A stretch of DNA of 64,000 nt from Octopus vulgaris (GCA_951406725.2 OX597816.1:98518001-98582000), one strand, 5' to 3'; shown: positions 23,521 through 37,950, counted from the stretch's first letter. Numbers and translations are program-made. Notes: generated from the sequence alone by a model not told the origin.

Positions 23521-24983
23521 GTCCTGGTGGAGGGGAGTTAGATGAAGAGGGGAGAGGAGTTGAACCTATGTGGCGCAAAGGAGCGAAGAGAGAAGATTAA
23601 TTCCTGTCCACGGCGAAGACGAGCATCCCGATGGCCCTTGTGCAAAGACAGTCCGAACACAGACGTGTTGTTATACAAATTTGTGGAATGGGACAGGTAA
23701 AAATCCAGTCTACACATGTCTCTTAGGTAGCAGACTCTCAGAAGCAATAATTACTCCACGCACGGTATCCACTAGCTACTCATTAGGCCGAAGACACCCT
23801 AGTGAAATGGGAGTTACAGTGTTGTTAAGGTATCCAAAGTGAACTCAATGTAGATTCATAGGAACTTAAGTTGCAAATTGTGAACTATAAAAGATCCCTT
23901 TTTAGCTTATCGACCTTCAGTCTAGAAAAGACTTCCATATGGGGGAAAACTGTGATATGAGAAAACCCTTCTACGCGAATAGACTATTATTGTTCCTGAA
24001 GCTTGTATTGTATACCTACCATAGACTTCTCGGATCTAACATCTATTCATAAATCCCTGGAACTTACAATTACATACCATTACACACATACATACATACA
24101 TACAGACAAGCATGCGCACACACACGCACACATACACACACACGCACGCAGGCACACACACACACACACACACATTACTTTACTTAGCAGTATTTTCGCT
24201 GAGTGTAATTGTAAAAATGAATACAATTGTTTTGCATGAGTTTCTAATCTATTTGGCGCGTGTAACTGAATGCACTGCGCACATTCCAAACAAATGACTA
24301 TACAGTAACTGTGTGGGTAGAGAAATAAAAATCTTTCCGACTTCTGATTTTTCTTTGCATTCGACTTCTACTTTTCTTATGTAGACATTGGAAATGCAAT
24401 TACTACGATTAGAGACCAGGAATATATAACCTATTACTGGTCTAGTTTCACCGATTAGCAAAGTCGATTAGGTTTGATCATATATGGATACTCATAAAGA
24501 AAAGTGGATTCATCAGATTTTTTAAGTATTCTTTCACCAATATAGTTATTACATAGTAAATTATTATGATGTCTTTAAGTGACTGTTTATGATAAATTTT
24601 CGTATGCATGGTAATAGCAACAACAATAATGATGACTTGCTAATTAACAAAGGCATGTTAATAAGAAACTCGTTTCATTAATACCGGGGCACTCGGGGAT
24701 AATCTTTATTTCTCTATTGTTGTACAAATTGAACCGGGTTAATGTGTCTAAAAAGAATTGTATATTTATTTTTTATGAATACTGGATATTTATATATTCA
24801 TGATAGTTAAAAAAATTCCTTAATTATTATATATGAAATATTGTATAAAAAGCAGTAAATAGTAGTCTGTCTCTACAAGATCTTACTCTACTTTGAGAGC
24901 TTAACCTTTCGCTTTACTTAAAAAAGTATGCAAACTTTCATTTCACCACACACAAGCACAGACACTTACGCACACATATGCAC

Positions 24984-25079
<96 letters not shown>

Positions 25080-25850
25080 CAACTTATATTTTATATATAA
25101 ACATTACTGATATTGATTTATTTCTGTTCACTTGTATGAAAATACGTTGGTGTGCAGTAAAGAAGCCATTACAATATATTTTCTTTTCCTTATCACTAGG
25201 TATCCACACATTTCGCGCTGTCGAGTTCCAATATATACGTGAAATTTATATGGTTTACTTCAGTATGTAATTCGAAAATTAAGTTACATTTCTTATTACT
25301 TGTTGATGTTGCTGTTTAGCCCTAGCTCGACCTGCATCAAGGATATGTAAGATTTCAGGCGTTCTGCGTATACTTCATTTGAAAGCCACATAATCCAATC
25401 AGTCTCTTCAACTTTGAACTAAATAGTATTTGAAGAAGGCTTGAGAACCCTGTAGACACACCGACATCTGCTTGCACTTATTTTTGCCTGCGACAAGGGG
25501 ACGGATACTCATTAGAATTATAAATTCTCTTTTGATCATACTAATGCATGATGTTACTATCTAGAAATATTTTATCACATACAGCTCCTTACATTTATCA
25601 AAAACGTAGAAGTCTTTCAAACAAAAATATTGAAGACTGAATTCTATTTATTTATACTTTATACTTTATATTTTATCAGGTTTTGTTGGATGCATATATT
25701 CCGTTATCATATAATTTAGATTATCAGAGGCCTTTGAAATGATCTAACTTCTTTTTGCCGGTGAGAATTTTGAATTATTTCTAATATAAGTAGACTTATT
25801 TAGAACTTTGTGAGTCACGTTCGACAATGATTGTGAAGTTTTGTGTGAAT

Positions 25851-25885
<35 letters not shown>

Positions 25886-26111
25886 TAGAATACTTTTCAT
25901 TTATAAAATGGTCTAACGTGGGAAATATGCTTTTCAAATTATTGCTTATGATATTTCGTCTATTTTACGTATAATCTTCAAACAATTCAAACATTATATT
26001 ACATGATATTGCCTAATATTACCAATTTTTACTGATGCTTTTCGTATACACACAAATGCATTTATATAAATACATCTGCATGTATGTGTGCTTGTGTGCG
26101 TGTGTGTGTGT

Positions 26112-27482
26112 TTGTATAATAATTGGCAAGTTTGTGTGCTTGTGAATTTGTTACTTTAACTCCATCGAGACTATCCAACAGACCTTGATGAAACTTGACA
26201 CGTGTGAGGGGCTTATGCCCATACTGTCACTTACGCACTTGAAATTTAAAAACACATCGATTTTTAATCAGCATCGATTTTTCAAACATCGTACAATTTC
26301 GGCATTTTTCGCGCTAGCCATTTTGAGATCAGTTTGGGTATAAATAGACAGCTTATTAACGGTAATCTGTTTAGCATTTGCTAATTCTTCATTTCAATGG
26401 GACTTGTTTTGATTTGCTAAAACTTAGTATTACAATTCGTTACTTTAATTCCCCAGTGTTTCAGGTTTTAAATAGGTAAGTGCATTTTATTTCTCAAACA
26501 CAATTTAGGCATTTTGCGCACTAGCCGTCGTGACTGTAGCACAAAATCTGTTCCAAAACGTAAAGCTTCACCATTTTACGCACATGCACAAAAATGACGA
26601 CACGAGTTCGCTACCAGACACTTCTAATTTTTTTCCTCAAATTGGTCCTACCCAATAATATAGATTTAATTTTTTTTTATGTCAAAATTTAAACGAAAAA
26701 TATTTCATGCTTATAAGCAGACATCTTATTAACGGTCATTTATTTAGCATTGTTTTGATTAGCTAAAACTTACTATTTCAATTTGTTCTTTTAATTCCCT
26801 AGCGTTTCAGATTTTAAACAGGGAAGTATTCTCTACTCAGTATTTTATGCATAACCATAGATATGCTGACTGACAATCAAGCTTCATTTATACAAACTAC
26901 TACTTATATACAAGATTTAACTTATCCGTATACCTCCTCTTAACTTGCGAACACTTTGGAGTTCAGATTTTATGTTAAGTTACTAAATGAACATTAACTC
27001 TTATAGAATGTTGGGGATCTTATATCAGTCTTTTAAGACAGGGAATATTCTCACGTGAGCCTCAACTCACTTAAAAAGTCAGGACTTCTTATCTACCATA
27101 TCACTCATGCAAAAGGGATTTTAGTCCTCAGATTGGATAACTCGCGTTATTTTGTTAAAACACGAAACATTTGTGGTATCAGCACCCTATCTTGGATTTT
27201 GTACACGGAAACTGAAAGAAGACTGTCGTATATATGTGTAAGATTCTCTCTGTGTGTGTCTATGCTTGTACCACCACCATTGCTTGACAGCTAATGTTGC
27301 TATGTTTACGTTCCCATAACTAAGCGGTTCCGAAAATGATACTGATAGACCAAGTACTAGGCTTGTTTGACCAACAGCAGTGCCCCAGTATGGTGGCAGT
27401 CATGTGACTGAAACAAGTAAAATAATAAAAAAACACTATGCCATTTTAATCCCGAGCAAAGCTGAGTATCTCTCTGCTAGTT
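26112..27482 (+). mobile_element. Probable non-autonomous Helitron with an internal duplication and a nested SINE fragment
   Basis: 3' end CCCGAGCAAAGCTGAGTATCTCTCTGCTAG-T (degenerate hairpin + CTAG); 5' TATAATA..GTTTGT..TTGATGAAACTTGACAC; internal repeat 26342-26480 ~ 26712-26828. Confidence 0.5.
27250..27430 (+). mobile_element. SINE 3' half
   Basis: Homologous to 19590-19790. Confidence 0.65.
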
Positions 27483-27767
27483 TATGTATATACTAGCATA
27501 TGTATATACTAGTATAAGTATATACTAGTATAAGTCTAAAGTGTTAGTTAGGGTGTGAAGTTAGGCCTTTTCCAGAGAAGCACACAACCCCAAAATAAAA
27601 CGATTTGCCATATATGACCCTAGCTAATATATCTAAATTGTTGTTGTTCTTTTTATTATTTTTTTTCTCCTACCTTTCCTTCTCCTTCCTCTTTTTCTTT
27701 TTCTTCTTCTTCTTCTCCTACTTCTTCTTCTTCTTCAACTACTACTTCTCCTCCTCCACCTTCTTCT

Positions 27768-27799
<32 letters not shown>

Positions 27800-28089
27800 T
27801 TCCTCTCCTTCTTCTTCCTCTCCTTCTCACTCTTCCTATTCTCCACATTCATCTTCTGCTCGTTTTTTTCCCTCCTCCTCCTTCTCCTTTTTCTGTGTAT
27901 CCCTCCCCTTGAACCCACCCCACTTATCCCATATACTACTGAATATATTAATATCCCAGTGTATAGTAAAGGATTGTACAGTTCGCAATACCAAATTGTA
28001 TCCCATTCTCTTTATAGCACCAATGAACAGTTCTCACCTGTGAATAAGCCTGTGACTCATTCTTGCATAAGAACTTGCCTTCATATTTG

Positions 28090-28375
28090 TAAAGAACTCC
28101 ATTGATCATAGGTACTCTGTGTTCTTAGGTAATATATGCTCTGCAAACATCTATTTCAATCCCATATGGGTCTCTCGGGTTTTGTGAGATGATGTTGAAG
28201 AGCTGTGAGTCCTTGATACATAAGATGTTATAATGTCTGATGGCGGTTTTGGAAAGTTTGGCACTATGCAGTGGTGATGGTCTAACTTTCAATCTAAAAG
28301 TGTGGGACAAGTCCTTCCACGATTTTTCGGATGTATATCACTGTATATTTTCTCTCCTTTGTTTTAGGTATCAGA
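28090..28375 (-). pseudogene. CR1-like LINE 3' fragment
   Basis: LKQRREKYTVIYIRKIVEGLVP and LCIKDSQLFNIISQNPRD resemble the C-terminus of the element at 30890-32380. Confidence 0.6.
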
Positions 28376-28491
28376 GTCCCTCTTCACCCCCTGCTACTAG
28401 TTTACCTATCGCATTGTTTATTTCAAGTTCGACTTTTATGTCACTTGCACTATATCACAGAGGGAGACATCCATACATAGATGCATAGATA

Positions 28492-28522
<31 letters not shown>

Positions 28523-29073
28523 ATTTGTGTTTGTGTATGCGCGTGTGTGTATATAATTGCTCCTAATATAAACGGAAAGTCGGTATCAGCGTTTTGTATT
28601 CTTTTCATGTATTGTTTTTTAGTCATTCATTGAGAGACTTTTATATTTAAACTGTGACTATTTCTAGAGAGGATCTACATTCTTTTTGCAGAAATAGTAA
28701 ATTCCTCGCCAATTCTTGGCTGCATTTTATCGATTAACATATATTTTGTACGAACTAATTTTGTTTCAAACCAATTTATTCATAGAGCTACACTAGTAGA
28801 GTAAGTGGAAAAACACATATATTAAATATTACATATATATTGTTACATAAACATGTACACATGGAACAATATCCGTTTTCAGATTTACATAAATACACAA
28901 TAAATTAATGTAGGCTTCTGTCGTATTGTATGCGCTCTCCTATATACGTGGATGAATATATCTACACACATACACACACACATATATATGTATGTATGAA
29001 TATATATATTTACATTTAATTTGTTAAACATTTTCGTCGCTTTGAAACGGCGACCTGTTTACAGACAAAATAT

Positions 29074-29147
<74 letters not shown>

Positions 29148-29168
29148 CGCTCAGAGATTATTATTGAT

Positions 29169-29199
<31 letters not shown>

Positions 29200-29200
29200 T

Positions 29201-29559
29201 ACGGAGATGTACTTGCATAGAAAGTGACTTGATCTGAGTCCGTGTGCTGAAACGAAAGCAATTGCAACGTGGAAGGTGTTTATAGGCCATTTAATAACAC
29301 AGAACATCCGTTAGATTCACCTCAGCGTTTACATTTAATTTGTTAAACATTTTCGTCGCTTTGAAACGGCGACCTGTTTACAGACAAAATTCGGTGCTGC
29401 ATCTCTGTAAATATTGAAAATCTTGCAAGGAATTCTTTCAGTGAACAGGTCGTGGTTTCAAAGGGATTATAATATTTAGAAATTAAACTTAAATGTCGAA
29501 ATGAATGTAACGTTTGTGTGTTTTTAAATGCCTTATAAGGCACTTTCCACTCTGCAATT

Positions 29560-29560
<1 letters not shown>
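29201..29560. repeat. Degenerate foldback repeat in (TA)n; ~60 bp of it is duplicated at 29008-29070
   Basis: TTGCAACGTGGAAGGTGTTTATAGGCCATTTAA..GCGACCTGTTTACAGA is mirrored by TCAGTGAACAGGTCG..TTAAATGCCTTATAAGGCACTTTCCACTCTGCAA. Confidence 0.75.
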
Positions 29561-29643
<83 letters not shown>

Positions 29644-29649
29644 TGTATA

Positions 29650-30755
29650 GCAATTGAGTGGTTTGATAAGAAGGTGGGGTTAAGACAGGGTTGTGTGTTG
29701 TCTCAATTTATAGATAGATGGCGTGGTGAGAGAAGTAAATATTAGTACCTTATGCAGGAGAGTTCAAATAGTGGGAAGAATGGAGAGAACTGGCAGGTGA
29801 GTCAGTTGTATTTTGCTGATGGTGCTGTACAGTTAGCGGATTCGGAAGAGCAGCTGAGGAGAATGGTGGTAGAGTTTGGAAATGTGTGTGAAAGGGGGAA
29901 ACCGAAAGTGAAGGTAGCTAAGAGTAAGGTAATGAGATTTTCGAGAGATGGAATGGCTTGTAGGAGGGATGTGAATATAAATAGTGAGATGTTAGAAGAT
30001 GTGAGTGTCTTTAAATATCTGGGATCACATGTAACGGTGGATGGGAAGTTGTCTGAGGAAGTGGGATATAGACTGAGGGAGTCAAGTAAGGTGCTTGGAG
30101 TTGTGGAAGGTATGCTGAGAGATAAAAGGCGTAATTGTTTCGACAATGTTATATGGAGCAGGGACTGAGAGAGGCAGTAAGGAGGGGACTAAATGTGTTT
30201 GCGATGAGAGGTTTGAGGGCTATGGTTTGTGTGACACAGATGGAAAGGATGAGGAATGAGGAAGTGTTAAGGCGAGAAGAAAAAGAGAAAAACTAACAAC
30301 CAAAATGGATAGACGAATTCTGAGGTGGTTTGACTACATGGAGAGGATGGACGAGGGGTGGATGGTAAGGAGCGTGAAGAAGGCAGAAGTGGTAAGCAGC
30401 AGAACAAAATGCAGACCTAGGTTTATGTGGATGGATGAAGTGAGGAAAGCTTTGGTGGGTAAAAATGCTGGAACGAGAAAGGCAAAAGAGTTTATAAATT
30501 ATAGGGAAGCTTCTAAAGTGTTTATTGATGGATGAGTGAATTTGATGTTTGTTCGAAGGGTTACACAACCAGCATGATGCGGCGAGTGTAAACTAACAGA
30601 GGCCATCGGGCCCCGATATTGATATTGGCGGTTGCGTTCTATGCCTTGACTCAAGCATAGAACGGGGGTCGCCTCTTTGAGATAGGAAGTGAATGGAATG
30701 CCTGGTGTGTGTCTTGTTGTGGCTGCCCCCACAACAAAAAAGGAGAATAGGCTTG
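29650..30755 (+). mobile_element. 5'-truncated RTE-like LINE (RT C-half + 3' UTR)
   Basis: VGLRQGCVLS, QLYFADGAVQLADSEEQL, KSKVMRF, FKYLGS, LRWFDYMERM, RPRFMWMDEV; frameshifted; ends in (TATG)n. Confidence 0.85.
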
Positions 30756-30765
30756 AGTATGTATG

Positions 30766-30797
<32 letters not shown>

Positions 30798-30835
30798 TGT
30801 ATGTATGTATGTGTGTATGTGTATATGTATGTATG

Positions 30836-30889
<54 letters not shown>

Positions 30890-30892
<3 letters not shown>

Positions 30893-32380
30893 TACGCCGG
30901 TATACCACCTGATAGGATTATCTGCATCCTGTTTAAGTCAAGTTTTGTTTATGGCTCGTTCAAGTAACGAGTTCATGTTGAGTGAGCTGTATCCAGGTAT
31001 GCGTGGCTTATCCGGTATTCCCTGCAGAAATCTGTCCAGACTCCATTTAAAGATCCGTTTCCTCTTTGACCTCTTTCGAGACAATGTTAAACAGGACAGG
31101 GCCTGTTCAAGAAAAAACTCTGTCACAGTGTACCGACATGTTATTATCCTGAATTGGGCAGGGGGGGGGGGGTATAGCCTGTGGTCCTAGCCGTGGATGA
31201 ACCTTGAAACTAAAGTTCAGGTCGTTTGAGCAATGCTGGCAGTATATTCTCCACAGCGTACAAATGATGTACCGCTCGCGGCGGCGCTGGAGAGAGTAGA
31301 GTTTCAATGCTTTAAGGCGGTCCCTGTAATCGAGATCAGTCATGCCTTCAATTCGTTTAGTGAGTGCTCTCTGGGGTGATTCAATCCTAGGGATGTTTTA
31401 CCTTGTATGGGGAGACAACAAGAGGTAGTAGTATTCGAGGTGTGGCCATTCAAAGGAGAAAAGTGGAATGATGACACATTGTTCTCTAGACCGGAAGTTT
31501 CTTAAGATCCAGGAGCCCATCCTACGAGCTATATCGACCTTATTCTTGATGTTGGCACTCCAAATGAGATTGTTATCAACAATTACACCCAGGTCTCTGA
31601 TAATATTATATGGCGTGAGCGGTTCCCTGAAGGAAGAGTATATGACTGTTTTAGTATAGACTTTCTTCCAAAATGTATCAGCTCAAATTTTCCCTCGTTC
31701 ATTTGCATGTTGTTTTTGTCTGCCCATTGATTCACAGCATATAGATCAGAGTGGAGTTGAGTTCAGTTTTCTTCTTCATTGATGATATGCTGGAGCTTAG
31801 AGTCATCAGCAAATGTTTTTTTTACTTTGCAGTGATTTACGACGCTGGAAAGGTCATTTATGTAAATTATAAAGAGGAGCGGGCCCAAGACAGTCCCCTG
31901 AGGGACCCCTTGGTGACTTTTGCTGAGCTTGAGTGGACTCCATCGACCACAACATATTATGTTCTATTCGCCAGGAAATACTTAATCCAGTGGAGAAGTT
32001 TTCCACTGATTCCAACATTTGCCAATTTTGAGAGTACGATATTATGGTCAACCTTGTCGAACGCTTTACTGAAGTCAAAATATATGACATCAGAGTTCGA
32101 CGTGTTCCCAAGGTTTTAAGTATATCTTCAATGTGATGTAAGAGCTGTGTTAGGCAGTCCCTGCCACAGCGAAAGCCATGCTGATCTGCATTTAGGAGTT
32201 TGTGGGTCTCCAGGAAGTCAGCTATCCTTGATCTTACCACTCTTTCAAACACTTTAATGATGTGAGTGAAATTGGGTGATAGTTGACTGCGTGGGATCTG
32301 CTTCCCTGTTTGAAAACCGGGATGACAGACTGGGATAGGGGCTGCTTCGGTATATAACCTTAGTCCAAAGAATTTCTCCT
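30890..32380 (-). mobile_element. CR1-like LINE RT and 3' end (decayed)
   Basis: FERVVRSRI..QHGFRCGRDCLTQL, DFSKAFD, QGTVLGPLLFIIYINDL, FADDSKL, YRDRLKALKLYSLQRRRER. Confidence 0.9.
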
Positions 32381-32384
32381 GACG

Positions 32385-33690
32385 TTGATCAGAGCGCCTG
32401 CAAGTTGGTGTCTACATTCCTTCAGGAGACTAGAGGGGAATTTATCAGGGCATATTCTACTTCTGCCAGAGACTATCCCAACCACACCTACATCCTTCCT
32501 AACCCACCACCACAGCTCCACTTACAAACTCAAGTACCATTGCCACTACTACTATCTCGGCAAATGTACAAAATCAGCCACTGCTCCTTTTCCCCTCTCC
32601 AGTCCCCACTACCCTATTACCATTATTAAAGTCAAACAATTCCTAATCTCAAACTATTTACAATCCACACCCCTCTACAACAATCTCAAGTTCAATTCAC
32701 ATTCCAAAAAATATGCCGTCATTCCCTACGCGAAAGGCTAAGTACAAACCGTGATTGTAATTTCACTCATCTTCCAGCAACAAGACGCTCAAGCATCAGA
32801 TACTACCCCCACAATTTCTCTTCTACTACTGGAACACCACAAAAATCAAGAAATCCTAATCTGCCGTTAGTCCCAGTGTGAGAGAGTATGTTTACAGCAA
32901 CATTGTAATTTACCGTCGACGTACAAATTAAAAACAATACTACCAGCCACCACCAAAATCCACTTCAAAAGTATCCACCCCATTGCAGTAGCATCGGTGT
33001 GCACCTTTCCCACAAACTTGGTTACAAGCACACACCCAACGTGAACAAAAATAAAAACGAAAATAAATCTAATGGCACGAATTTCCCGAACAGCGCAGGA
33101 AAATGGAGAACATCTATTCGAAGCAGTAGAAGCAACCGACATTACTGTGAATGTAAATACAACTCCAGCCACGAAGTTCTCCTTAACCAGGTTCATTATT
33201 CTTTTTTATTCATGCGGAAACTAGCCAAAGGGATCCAGAAGAATATCTTGGTTATCACACGGAACCAACCTCTGCCGCTACCTCATTGCAAAACCTATCC
33301 TCCTCACTAAAAACGTCTAACCAGGCCACTATTCAATCTACAGGGCATCTGCACACCCTTCCATGCAAAAAGATGGAAGATCCAATTCATTGAGGACTGG
33401 GTTACCGACCACACTCATGACATTCCTTTATTTATCCTTACTGAAACTCCCACTTGACAACTCCACTTGGAAGCTGAAGTAAAATCGAGGAATTTCACCA
33501 CAATCCGAGGAGACCGCATCGGTAGAAGAAAGCGGGGAGTTTCCATTTTCCTCCGTGTCTCATTTTCTACAGAAACAAATGTCTCATTTTCCAATGGCTA
33601 TTGTGAATCAGTATCTCTCTATAACAAAACGAATGATTTAGCAATATTTGGGCTTTATCAATCACATAGATGTCCATTTTACTCATTAAA
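32385..33690 (+). mobile_element. LINE 5' region: ORF1 remnants with CCCH-like fingers, then the start of an APE endonuclease
   Basis: CHYYYLGKC and ICRHSLRERLSTNRDCNFTH; then FNLQGI..FILTET..IRGDRIGRRKRGVSIFL. Confidence 0.65.
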
Positions 33691-34415
33691 AGTTTTTTTT
33701 TTATATTTCTATTCAGAGTCTTGCAACATCACCAGTAATTAATATATTACGATTTTCGCATTTATCAAATGAATTGATTTTAAAAAATAGAAACTCATTA
33801 ATACTACGAATGTAATCTTATTGCTTGTGTTAACAATACTACTGAAAATGATGGGGAACAAGTGTATAAAGCTGATGAAGATGATATGGTTGCTCATTAT
33901 GATAACGGCATTAACAACATTTGTGCCTTTGGTATTGAATATGAAGATTTTACAAATATATAAGAATGGCGCCATATTTTATGCAGTGAATATGTGGAAA
34001 GTTTTTACAATGATTTTGAAGAGTGATTTGAATAATAAAAGGGATTTCATATGTCGCCAAACTGTCGTAGATGAAAATATGGTCAACACAATGGGACATG
34101 TGAAGTTACAAAAAATGCAATGTGTTATTTCAACATTTGTTGATTACAAAGGTTACTTACATTGCCCTACGACATAGATTCTGGTGCATGTGCAGCAAAT
34201 GATATCGAGGCTATAATTTTATGCTAATTTATCATTACTCAGAGAAAGAAGAAACATGAAAATCGATCCCATTGGCACATATACTCAAGGAGCATATAGC
34301 ATATCTACTCGTCTGTAACACACGGCTATGAGTCAAAGTACCTTCTCAGGCACTGCTTTCAAAAATTAAAGTTTTTTCAGCTTGCGTCCACGCACACATG
34401 CACGCATACACACAA

Positions 34416-34465
<50 letters not shown>

Positions 34466-37400
34466 ACATGGAAATGTGTATGAAGTATACCCTGTTGACG
34501 CAGAGACAATTTGCATGTATTCTTAACGACTTATGGTATGTGAAAGAGGAATTCCAATCTGGTTAGGCTGGAAAACATTTTAAGTGATCAATAACCTAAA
34601 CACTTGGTTTGTGCTAATGTAAAATTGCTTGGAATTGAGAAAATGCAATCTTGTATATAGCCGCTCTCCCAATCTGCATACACAATATAATACCAAACCA
34701 AAAAAAAACAACTGAGAAATAACTGCTCGTTGGCTATTGTTATACAATCTAAAATGTATTTCATTACCATTGCATGGTAACTAAAACGGGTGATAAAGAT
34801 GTTGGGATATTAAGATATATTTCGGGTATGCTTTCCATTGAAATTATAGCAAAACAACATTTGTTTTTGATATTATTACAGCAAGCACTAAAAAGCGATT
34901 TTGTCTTAGTAATTTGTAGGAGTTGAATCCACATTTTTATGATCTAAAGAGCAACATGTCAACCACTGCATCACAAAAGAATGGAAATTTTAAGACATCA
35001 GTAACGAAATCTCGTATGCATTGACTCTTTCCTATGATCACTTATTAAAATATATCATATCGAGACAATCAACGGAAACTTTGAAATATTTTTGTCATTA
35101 TCAATATTTGAATGTAGGGTCGTAGTTGACAATCACTTTATAAAAGGCCATCTCCGTTGTATGGGAGGTTAGGTCTCTCCTAGCTATTTAATGGAATGCA
35201 TATACAAATGTAAATGACATTGTAATTGGTATCTGAAATATGATGGACCTTCTAAAGAATATGAAAGAAAATCAGAAGGACAATATATGTGTAACCGCAC
35301 GCCATTTTATAAATCTTCATTGCATTTTATTTAAATGGTTGTTATTTCCTTTCTAATGAGTAACGTGGAAGGAAAAGTTAGCAGGAAGTTATCGAAATTG
35401 ATTAACATCAACCACCTTCATAATAAGCAGATAACTATTTGCCAACATCTTAGACTACAGTAATCATATGTGAAATGTTAAGTGACAATTTTTTGTTTGA
35501 TAGCAATTATGTTTCTTTTGTTGTTAAATTAAATTATACTTTGGTACTTAAGAACACAAGATTTCAACGGCTAGATAAGTGTTAATGTGCAATCATCTTA
35601 TGTATAAGGGTCATCGTGCATAACGTGAGATCCAGCCTCAATTTATTATTCGTTTCGAAATTAAATTATATGAGAGACTTTATTTATGCGTTAATTTAAA
35701 ACTCGCAGTGAGTATTCCATTTAAAATACCGCACCAGTCCCTACACCAGTCAGAAGTTCGTTCTTTCAAAAGCATTACCACTTTATTTTACTTATTTTGT
35801 AAAGCAAAAAATGCAGTACTATAGATGAATTTCCAAACTCGTGCTCGCCCTACTCTTCGTATACTCCACGCTTTCAAGAGAAATGAAACTTAAATTAGAT
35901 TTTAAAATATTTTTACAAGAGGACAACAAACCATAGGAGTGGTTGACCGATTCTACTTGATTATTACTCTACTTGCATACGATGTACTTCTCATTGTCGT
36001 TACCCAACTGTGTTAAATCTACACTCATCAGGTAGTTTAATTTGTTTTGCTATGCATTGTATTATCATATTTATGTATGTTACAATTGTGTGGTATTCCT
36101 CTTCTCTCTCAGTATATACTATGTGTGTGAGCTTATCTTATAATATATATAATTATGTCTAAAGATAGAAATAGATATGTTAAATACTATCAACTTTTTA
36201 CCTTTAAGCTACATTAAAAACTACCTACTCTGACAACTATCTTTCTTTTTTTACACTAAGCCAATAGCATAGACTGCTGTTTATTTCATTAGTCTTAGAA
36301 AGCTTTGTCAAAGAATTCGGTTTAAAGCATATATGTAGAGATATTTCTTATATTCTTTTTCCCACTTAAGCTGTGGATTTTGGGATATTGTTTGAAATAG
36401 AAAAGATTACAAATTTTCTTGCTAAAAGCAGTCTCCATCAAATACATTGGCCATCAATTTTATTTTCTACAACGTCTCTAGTTTTCAAAATAATTTTCGA
36501 ATGTTTTGTTCAACTTGAAAGATATAGGGAACAGGTAAATGTATACCTTTGTCTACTGTGATTCCTCTGCAAATAAAGTTTAAGCAATATTATTGGACTG
36601 AGATCATCTGGGGACATTTTATGATTACAACTTACTAAAAAATGTTAATCATGTTAATTCATATACAAATGTTGATATTACTAACCACTTTCGAATTATT
36701 GTCTTCTTGGCATGGAAACTTGCAATTGTATTAAACTATTTCACTCAATATTTCATTTTAAAAAATACGGCAAGAATAAATCTAATCAAGACGCATTACA
36801 GCCTCAGTCAATTTTCGGGAGTACAGGAAGTATACACTGGTAATAATTACTAATTCTTGGTTCAGATTTTCCTTGTTTTGAAGTCAACAATCTCACAGCG
36901 ATACATTTTACCGGCTTTTAGCAACGTTATTTACTATAAAATTGTATCTACCAAATATAAAGTAATCTCGATAAGTTTTGTAATACCAAAAGGTTAGTAT
37001 ATTACTCAATAACTATGGCGTTTGTATATATAATTAATTGAATACTTTTTATTATTAATTGTTCGTGTCCTACATTGGAAGTTTTAGATATTGAAGCGAC
37101 TGGCCATATATCTGCATACTCAAAATACATAGAGGAACTAACCGAAGGAAATCATAATAAACTGAATCACAAAAGAAAGGTCACACACATACTAAATAGA
37201 AACCGGTTATCGACAGACAGTTATAACATTGATCGAAGAGTGCTAATTAAGAAACCGTTCTTTCCTAATGATAAAAATCATTTCCTGAAACATTTTTGAC
37301 ATCACATTGTGTCACATGTGACGAAGTGTCCTGAATTCAAAGAGATGAATTCACTATCTCGTGTGACTACCGTTAGCGTTGATTACCGCCAGACATCTTC

Positions 37401-37621
37401 TGCACATTTAATGCACCAAACAAGTGATGAAGGCAATGGAGGTAACAACCCATACTCTATTAGAACTTGCAGTGAGATATGCCGCAGTTGTCGGCCTTGG
37501 ACGGATGTCATTTTAACCTTGTTTGGATTTCTTCCCAAATATGCTCTACGTGGTTCAAGTCCTGACTTAGAGCAGGCAGTGTCTGGATGTTGTGCTGTTG
37601 CTGGACTTCTGTTGTCAACCT

Positions 37622-37950
37622 GGCAGCATGTTTTTAGTTTGACCAATATATTCTTCCCAACACCCTGAGTAAGTTAATACTTATATTAGGTTTTCCGAAG
37701 CACATACGAAGTTGTTTTTCACTCTAAAAGGTTGATCCTGTTTGAAGGAGAATTCCGAACCCTCAATTAGGTTGATACATATACCACAGTTGGGTATTCC
37801 ACATTTTTTTATTGACGGTTTCAATGTTGTTTGAGAATGTAGTTGGGCCTGTATTATAAGACTTTTTATTGACTTGCGCTGTCTTTTGCTTATTATGATG
37901 GTGTGCGTTTGGAGGATTTGATCCCTTCTATGGTCTCTTTTAGTAAAGGG
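37622..37950 (-). pseudogene. Decayed PLE fragment (Cys linker + GIY-YIG start), related to the main element
   Basis: KKCGIPNCGICINLIEGSEFSFKQ..CASENLI*VLTYSGCWEEYIGQTKN; runs into the gap. Confidence 0.9.

Noticed and set aside
24675-24745. Tiny inverted termini CATTAATACCGG / CCGGGTTAATG
   Set aside because: Too short and imperfect to call a MITE from one copy.
33821-34177. 118-aa ORF as a host exon (likewise 37309-37668 and 38417-38971)
   Set aside because: No recognisable domain, non-ATG starts, and no convincing splice context.
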